A stretch of DNA of 64,000 nucleotides, taken from positions 14,446,001 through 14,510,000 of the forward strand of contig NC_043014.1 of the NCBI RefSeq assembly GCF_006345805.1, written 5' to 3'. Within the stretch, counting starts at the first letter, position 1, and the number at the start of each line of letters is the position of its first letter. Of the stretch, positions 60,647-64,000 are shown piece by piece. The position numbers and the translations under genes are program-made. Origin of the DNA: Octopus sinensis. Lineage: Eukaryota. A model generated the notes under the pieces. The model saw nothing but the letters and a program-made list of their open reading frames with translations, did no database searches and was not told the DNA's origin.

Positions 60647-63179
60647 CATACACACACACACATATATATATATACATACGTATATACACACATACACATA
60701 TATATATCAATGAAAAAGCAAAATATTTGGCATCACTCAAAAAATGCTTTAAATTTAGATAGAGAATATAAGCAGATAGAATCTCTTACACCTGCTTCTG
60801 GAACAGCCAAGCATGTGGATCTCATATGTGTGTGTGTGTGTGTGTGTGTATATGTATGTATGTATATATATATATATATATATATGTCCAAAAATTCCTC
60901 TTCCGGACAACTTTTACTTAAAAAAAGGCAGCCCCAACATTTGCTCTCTCATTCATTCATCTAGCACCCGAGCGCAGATAAGTTTGAATGCTTATTTATT
61001 TTCACTTCTCGATCGATCATACATGCTTTCTTATCTATCTAACTATTTTTATCTAATTTCTCTATCTATCTAATTATTTTAACTATTTATCCATTTCTCC
61101 TCCTCCGACTATAATCAACCATCGTGTATTCGCCATCTTGAAGCTGTTCCTTTAATACACTTCCGCCTTGTCCAAAAATTCCTCTTCCGGACAACTTTTA
61201 CTTAAAAAAGGCAGCCCCAACATTTGCTCTCTCATTCATTCATCTAGCACCCGAGCGCAGATAAGTTTGAATGCTTATTTATTTTCACTTCTCGATCGAT
61301 CATACATGCTTTCTTATCTATGTAACTATTTTTATCTAATTTCTCTATCTATCTAATTATTTTAACTAATTTATCCATTTCTCCTCTCGACTATAATCAA
61401 CCATCGTGTATTCGCGGTGCAACCGCCCTGCCCACCCCCACCACCACCACCACCACCAATACCGGATATCTCTATATTTTTGCTCCATCTATACCGGATG
61501 TCGCTTCTCCCACCACCATTATAGGTGTCTACTCTTCGAACCCCTCTTCAATACGCTATTTCACCATGCATTACCCCTCTCTTGATATCCTACATTCTAC
61601 TTGCCTAGAACCTGTCATCATTTCTCTGAACCACCCCTCCCCACTGGTGCTCCCCTATATTTCTGCACCACCCCCCACATAAAAAGCACCATCCGAACGT
61701 GGCCGATGCCAGACCTCTCTGGCACCTGTGCAGGTGGCACGTAAAAAACACCCACTACACTCGCGGAGTGGTTGGCGTTAGGAAGGGCATCCAGCTGTAG
61801 AAACACTGCCAGACTAGACTGGAGCCTGGGGCAGTCCCTAGCTCCCCAGACCCCGGTCGAAACCGTCCAGCCCGTGCTAGCGCGGAAAACGGACGTTAAA
61901 CGATGATGATGATGATATATATATATATACATATATATATATATGTGTGTGTATATATATAAATATGTGTGTGTGTGTGTGTGTGTGGAGGTGCAATGGT
62001 CCAGTGGTTAGGGCAGTGGTCTCACGGTCGGAGGATCGCAGTTTCGATTCCCAGACCGGGCGTTGTGAGTGTTTATTGAGCGAAAACACCTGAAGTTCCA
62101 CGAGGCTCCGGCAGGGGTGCTGGCGACCCCTGCTGTACTCTTTTGCTGCAACTTTCTCTCACTCTTTCTTCTGTTGGCCTGCTCATTTAGCCAACGGGTT
62201 GGCGTCATTTGAAGGCTAAAACAATGCAAAGCACATTGTGACCAGCGATGTGTAGTAACATCTGATAGCCTGGTCGGTCACGTGATCATGTGATTTATAA
62301 TATATATATATATATATATATAACCGACACATACATACATACACACGTCCAGACCACCAGCCCTCTTTCACACGCACATACATACTCTCTTATACACACA
62401 CGCACCTTTGTGTTGGGGGCACCTTCGTTTTGGAAGTCACTTGACCCTGTTATCTCCCCTACTGTCCCTCTAGCATCTGACCTCTGACCGAAGTCGCCCG
62501 AACTCAGAACGCCATGTTAGATCGTTAGCTCCTACATGCATTTTTTTTCCTCTCCTTGTTTTTTTCTGTGTATCTTTCTGTCGAAGAGCGTAGGCTCGAA
62601 ATGTAAAAGACTTGTTCTATTTCTATTCCTGAGCGCCATACTAATACATTTGTTTGTTTGTACTCCACCTGCCTTCGTCTTCTGTTTATTTTTGTAAACC
62701 TTCCCGTTATATATATGTGTATGTATATACATAAATCTATTGATTCCCCAGAAGCAATTAATTGCAGGACTCAATGGAAATGTAGCTCATTCTTTAATAC
62801 CTTATAGCTGAAAGGCTTTAGTTTCCTGCATTCAGAGTTATTCGCTTCTCGTTTTTGGTCATCAGCTCGTAAACCAAGCCTGGCCTTTTTTTTTGTTGAA
62901 TATTCAGTTTTGAAATATGAAACGAGTGTTTGAAGAAGACACCCATCTGTATGTTCTTTTGTTTGAAAACTTACATTACAGAATCATCCTAAACTTCTAT
63001 GAAATGTTTCAATCTAATTCTATAAAAGGAAACACATAGCTTACTTGATCCAAAGCAGTCTGTAATTGTACAGACTCTTGAAGTGAGTCTGTCACTGTGT
63101 TACTGCTGGCTTTCATCTTGTTCAGTGATGCCAAGAGTTCCTTATTCTCCAAGATGTTGCCTTTAGCATTGGCCAGTTC
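15713..63179 (-). CDS. DYNC2H1: Cytoplasmic dynein 2 heavy chain 1, 3' portion (16 coding exons, 866 aa + stop; 5' part lies outside the window)
   Basis: Exons join(63045-63179,58135-58278,56915-57076,45937-46059,40368-40572,33278-33441,31902-32027,29291-29401,29020-29172,28280-28361,25522-25715,24541-24762,22410-22625,19178-19377,18843-19041,15713-15877). All introns are GT-AG, phases are compatible, total 2601 nt. Motifs match dynein-2 HC as I recall it: [58 protein letters not shown], and C-terminal [27 protein letters not shown]. Confidence 0.97.
18843..19041 (-). CDS. DYNC2H1: DYNC2H1 penultimate exon (199 nt, phase 2/0)
   Basis: ttgcag|A GCT...AAG|gtaccg; [15 protein letters not shown]...[13 protein letters not shown]...[11 protein letters not shown]. 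Confidence 0.95.
19178..19377 (-). CDS. DYNC2H1: DYNC2H1 exon (200 nt, phase 0/2)
   Basis: ttacag|ACT...GCACG|gtgaga; [23 protein letters not shown]...[21 protein letters not shown](R). Confidence 0.95.
19883..20370 (-). mobile_element. Internally deleted mariner-like element
   Basis: TA|CAGGGTGTCCCAA ... TTGGGACACCCT(A)|TA. Minus strand encodes [13 protein letters not shown](fs)[19 protein letters not shown]...[12 protein letters not shown]. Confidence 0.8.
20375..22138 (-). mobile_element. Tc1-family DNA transposon, IR/DR type, DD34E transposase pseudogene (20813-21794)
   Basis: TA TSD; ~200-bp TIRs starting CAGTGGGGGGAAATAAATATTCGTACAC with an inner DR (TATTCGTACA). ATG at 21792-21794 (MVKSKELT...HTH); WTDESK, QQDNDPK-34 [13 protein letters not shown]. 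Has a stop, frameshifts and a deleted MVWGCF segment. Confidence 0.93.
22410..22625 (-). CDS. DYNC2H1: DYNC2H1 exon (216 nt)
   Basis: ttctag|GGT...GAG|gtaagt; [12 protein letters not shown]...[48 protein letters not shown]. Confidence 0.96.
24541..24762 (-). CDS. DYNC2H1: DYNC2H1 exon (222 nt)
   Basis: tttcag|GAC...CAG|gtaaga; [30 protein letters not shown]...[15 protein letters not shown]. Confidence 0.96.
25522..25715 (-). CDS. DYNC2H1: DYNC2H1 exon (194 nt, phase 1/0)
   Basis: ttatag|GT...CGA|gtaagc; (G)[64 protein letters not shown]. Confidence 0.95.
26245..26762 (+). mobile_element. maT/mariner-like (probably DD37D) transposase 3' relic
   Basis: [15 protein letters not shown]...VVKLWLER...(QQ.SA..HTS.RTQKWF.ENF)...[20 protein letters not shown]...EAEN.HFE*; the SPDxNP segment is deleted. 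Confidence 0.65.
26769..27430 (+). mobile_element. piggyBac relic (5' end plus internal transposase piece)
   Basis: (c)TAA|CCC start with repeated ggc(t/c)gtagc(t/c)ggccga subterminal motifs, acidic SSSDSE N-terminus, and [12 protein letters not shown](fs)[13 protein letters not shown](7-bp duplication)CCGFD at 27316-27410. Confidence 0.75.
28280..28361 (-). CDS. DYNC2H1: DYNC2H1 exon (82 nt, phase 0/1)
   Basis: tgccag|GGT...TCAG|gtaagt; [27 protein letters not shown](G). Confidence 0.95.
28470..28901 (-). mobile_element. Non-autonomous Helitron in a DYNC2H1 intron
   Basis: Minus strand A|TC...cccgggcaacgccggg...CTAG|T; the first ~200 bp are nearly identical to 5318-5527. Confidence 0.85.
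29020..29172 (-). CDS. DYNC2H1: DYNC2H1 exon (153 nt)
   Basis: tttcag|TCA...CAG|gtgagt; [51 protein letters not shown]. Confidence 0.96.
29291..29401 (-). CDS. DYNC2H1: DYNC2H1 exon (111 nt)
   Basis: ttttag|GAA...GAG|gtcagt; [37 protein letters not shown]. Confidence 0.95.
29520..29858. repeat. (GAT)n-type degenerate microsatellite
   Basis: Direct reading; source of the poly-D/M/S ORFs. Confidence 0.95.
31902..32027 (-). CDS. DYNC2H1: DYNC2H1 exon (126 nt)
   Basis: ttgtag|GTT...AAG|gtaagt; [42 protein letters not shown]. Confidence 0.96.
32083..32500. mobile_element. Dispersed ~500-bp repeat, copy 2
   Basis: Homologous to 1415-1925. Confidence 0.75.
33278..33441 (-). CDS. DYNC2H1: DYNC2H1 exon (164 nt, phase 1/0), start of AAA6
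   Basis: aaacag|GA...CAG|gtaaat; (G)[54 protein letters not shown]. Confidence 0.95.
35605..36262. repeat. Compound CA-rich microsatellite with recurring longer motifs
   Basis: cacacactcagatatgaacaaacac and acaaacatgttctc(tc)atacat each recur several times. Confidence 0.9.
37070..39955 (-). mobile_element. 5'-truncated RTE-clade LINE (RT pseudogene, 3'UTR with tandem array)
   Basis: ORF pieces [36 protein letters not shown] | [18 protein letters not shown] | [30 protein letters not shown]. +1 frameshift in the G-run at 39212-39216 and two -1 frameshifts near 38640-38670. Tail ...cggacgctaaatgatgatg; (TA)n on both flanks. Confidence 0.95.
37240..37965. repeat. Tandem array of ~12 x 60-62 bp units in the LINE 3'UTR
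   Basis: Units start at 37291, 37351, 37412, 37473, 37534, 37595, 37656, 37717, 37778, 37838, 37900 (cacgaacgga.ggtgcttttacgtg.cac...). Confidence 0.95.
40368..40572 (-). CDS. DYNC2H1: DYNC2H1 exon (205 nt, phase 0/1)
   Basis: tttcag|TAC...CTAG|gtaagt; [18 protein letters not shown]...CEQEFP...[27 protein letters not shown](G). Confidence 0.94.
40644..40943 (+). mobile_element. R4/Dong-like LINE 3' end inserted in (TAA)n
   Basis: [38 protein letters not shown] plus 3'UTR, with (AAT)n on both flanks. Confidence 0.65.
41185..41300 (+). mobile_element. R4/Dong-like restriction-like endonuclease fragment
   Basis: [36 protein letters not shown] (KPD..D motif of RLE domains). Confidence 0.75.
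44690..44930. repeat. Variable-length tgtgtttgtccttacat(atgtgtg)n minisatellite
   Basis: About 8 copies of tgtccttacat separated by variable (TG)n; the unit resembles the tgtgtttgtcc segment of SINE family A. Confidence 0.8.
45416..45790. repeat. ~5 x 79-80 bp minisatellite derived from a segment of the RTE-tail SINE
   Basis: Units start at 45416, 45496, 45575, 45654, 45733 (ccaactgcctgttgtggcatggtttctatggctggatgcccttcctaatgccaaccactagcagg). Confidence 0.92.
45937..46059 (-). CDS. DYNC2H1: DYNC2H1 exon (123 nt)
   Basis: atatag|GAA...AAG|gtgagt; [41 protein letters not shown]. Confidence 0.9.
46729..46955 (+). mobile_element. SINE family B (about 14 copies)
   Basis: ggctggcagaatcgttagca...gagttcaaattc (B box), central ctttcatcctttcggggtcgataaattaagtacc (resembles, from memory, the conserved Meta-SINE domain), tail ...gtgggcaataaagaaa. 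Other copies include 4845-5255(-, two in tandem), 15115-15335(-), 27490-27712(-), 30175-30405(+), 30675-30905(-), 32530-32740(+), 42610-42830(+). Confidence 0.9.
47130..47700 (-). mobile_element. Probable Penelope-like element terminal (pLTR) fragment
   Basis: T-rich minus strand with a CTATCGAA-GA..TC-GAAA hammerhead-like motif; the family assignment is from recollection of similar repeats, not verified. Confidence 0.35.
48160..50286 (+). mobile_element. Helitron RepHel relic (PIF1-like helicase half) with probable 3' terminus
   Basis: Broken frames carry [11 protein letters not shown] (Walker A), [37 protein letters not shown] and C-terminal [16 protein letters not shown] (stop 49712-49714). 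A gctag|t end is at 50283-50287. Many stops and frameshifts. Confidence 0.85.
50445..50754 (-). mobile_element. Non-autonomous Helitron (related 5' end)
   Basis: Minus strand A|TCTCTATATATATATAAACGGCAAAATGTCTG...CTAG|T; 3' hairpin degraded. Confidence 0.65.
52090..52391 (+). mobile_element. tRNA-derived SINE family C
   Basis: A box tggcccagtggttaggg, B box ggtttcgattccc; second copy at 61987-62294. Confidence 0.88.
53524..53930 (+). mobile_element. SINE family A, full length (about 20 full or partial copies in window)
   Basis: ggcgcaggagtggctgtgtggtaag...ggttcagtccc (tRNA-like head), central gtggcaccttggcaag, internal (TA/TG)n, tail ...gcatggccgcagtcaaatgactgaaacaagtaaaa. Other copies include 18432-18810(+), 22740-23080(+), 34903-35230(+), 41305-41655(-), 43450-43905(-), 46210-46612(-), 54520-54905(-), 59385-59720(-). 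Confidence 0.9.
55701..56134. repeat. Long inverted repeat (about 205-bp arms, 23-bp spacer)
   Basis: 55701-55905 is the reverse complement of 55929-56134 with 2 substitutions and one homopolymer indel. Confidence 0.95.
56915..57076 (-). CDS. DYNC2H1: DYNC2H1 exon (162 nt)
   Basis: tcacag|GAT...AAT|gtgagt; [54 protein letters not shown]. Confidence 0.95.
57330..57589. repeat. Inverted repeat (100-bp arms, 60-bp spacer)
   Basis: 57330-57429 vs 57490-57589: one mismatch. Confidence 0.95.
57688..57925 (-). mobile_element. tRNA-derived SINE family F
   Basis: Minus strand ggaggtgcgtgtcttagtggttaggg...ggtttcgattcc...gctccagtccactcagctggcaaaaatgagtaa; related copy at 51595-51800. Confidence 0.8.
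58135..58278 (-). CDS. DYNC2H1: DYNC2H1 exon (144 nt)
   Basis: ttgcag|GAA...TAC|gtaagt; [48 protein letters not shown]. Confidence 0.95.
59016..59298. repeat. Inverted repeat / MITE-like (91-bp arms, 101-bp spacer)
   Basis: 59016-59106 vs 59208-59298: four mismatches. Confidence 0.9.
60885..61415. repeat. Direct repeat pair (~249 bp, period 284)
   Basis: 60885-61133 and 61169-61415 are nearly identical, with a 35-bp unique spacer. Confidence 0.95.
61640..61915 (+). mobile_element. RTE-tail SINE / short RTE 3' copy (family D, about 12 copies)
   Basis: Shares the last ~220 bp with the 37070-39955 LINE (gtggttggcgttaggaagggcatccagc...gctagc..ggaaaacggacgttaaacgatgatg). Other copies: 10960-11011, 16905-17315, 36720-37060(+); 19560-19740, 40945-41180, 54285-54495, 55050-55200, 60135-60440(-). 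Confidence 0.88.
61987..62294 (+). mobile_element. tRNA-derived SINE family C, copy 2
   Basis: Collinear with 52090-52391. Confidence 0.88.
62420..62715 (+). mobile_element. Probable Penelope-like element pLTR fragment with minimal hammerhead-like motif
   Basis: tcttt-CTGTCGAA-gagc gtag gctc-GAAA-tg-TA-aaaga at 62573-62610 in a T-rich pLTR-like context. Confidence 0.5.
63045..63179 (-). CDS. DYNC2H1: DYNC2H1 exon (135 nt, phase 0/0)
   Basis: ttaacag|GAA...CAA|gtaagc; [45 protein letters not shown]. Confidence 0.93.
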
Positions 63180-64000
63180 CTGTTAATTAATAAACATAAG
63201 GTCAACTTGAAATCAAATTGTCAGTGTCAGATGGAAGAGAAAATTGATTAAAATAGGGTATCTTCAATACTTGAATCTTATACAATTCTAATAATGCTGA
63301 TATCTTATTAGAGCAATGAAAGAATAATAATAAAGGCAAAAGAAATTGTATTCTTCATTTGTAGTTTGTCCCTCAGCCTCTCAGTAATACAAGTACAATA
63401 TTGGTTTTCTGGAACATTTGATTTCAGAGCCTTTCTGGAATACAAATTTTCCTAAACAGGGGTGGTCACCTTGGTCAACACACTCTAAACTCAAAAAAAC
63501 TTTAAAAAATCTTCACTTATTCATTTCTTGTTATTTCTGCCTGTGACAGAATTCACACCAACATGGGATAGTTGCCTCCACAGTATTCAATCTTTGGCTG
63601 AGGCTGGATTTGAACTTAGAATATAAATAGCCAGAAGAATGCACTACTGATTCTGCCAGCCCTCCTCCACCATAACAATATTCATTTCAAATTTTGGCAC
63701 CAGGCCAGCAATTTCAGGGGTGATGGGGTCAGTCAATTACATCAACCCCAGTGCTCAACTGGTGCTTGTTTTATCAACCTGGAAAGGATGAAAGACAAAG
63801 TTAGCCTTGGTTGAATTTGAACACAGAACCTAGACGGATGAAGTGCTGCTAAGCATTTTGCCTGGTATGCTAACAATTCTGCCAGCTTGAGCTTCTCCAT
63901 GATATTATTATTTTCCTCCACCATAACAACATTGGTTTCAAATTTTGGCTCAAGGCCTGCAATTTTGAGGGAGGGGAAAGTTAATTATATCGATCCCAGT

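Overview
AT-rich, microsatellite- and SINE-dense animal genomic DNA. The SINE/LINE families look like those I recall from Octopus (coleoid cephalopod), so the taxon is an inference. The one clear host gene is the 3' part of cytoplasmic dynein-2 heavy chain (DYNC2H1) on the minus strand. I traced 16 GT-AG exons from 63179 down to the TAA stop at 15713. They total 2601 nt, splice in frame, and give 866 aa covering the end of the stalk/AAA5 region, AAA6 and the C-terminal domain. The gene continues beyond the right edge. Nearly everything else is transposon-derived: a 5'-truncated RTE LINE with a PHD-type finger inside its RT, Tx1-like and R4/Dong-like LINE relics, an IR/DR-type Tc1 (DD34E), mariner/maT and piggyBac relics, a Helitron helicase relic plus three non-autonomous Helitrons, GG-ended MITEs with 8-9 bp TSDs (one nested), probable Penelope-like pLTR pieces with hammerhead-like motifs, and dozens of SINEs. 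I found no prokaryote-type system (CRISPR, operon) and no convincing new protein-coding system. The most unusual structures are a 205-bp-arm fold-back palindrome with a visible template-switch junction (55318-56134), other near-perfect intronic inverted repeats around one DYNC2H1 exon, the PHD-in-RT LINE with a dimeric 61-bp 3'UTR array, and a possible SINE-donated poly(A) signal.
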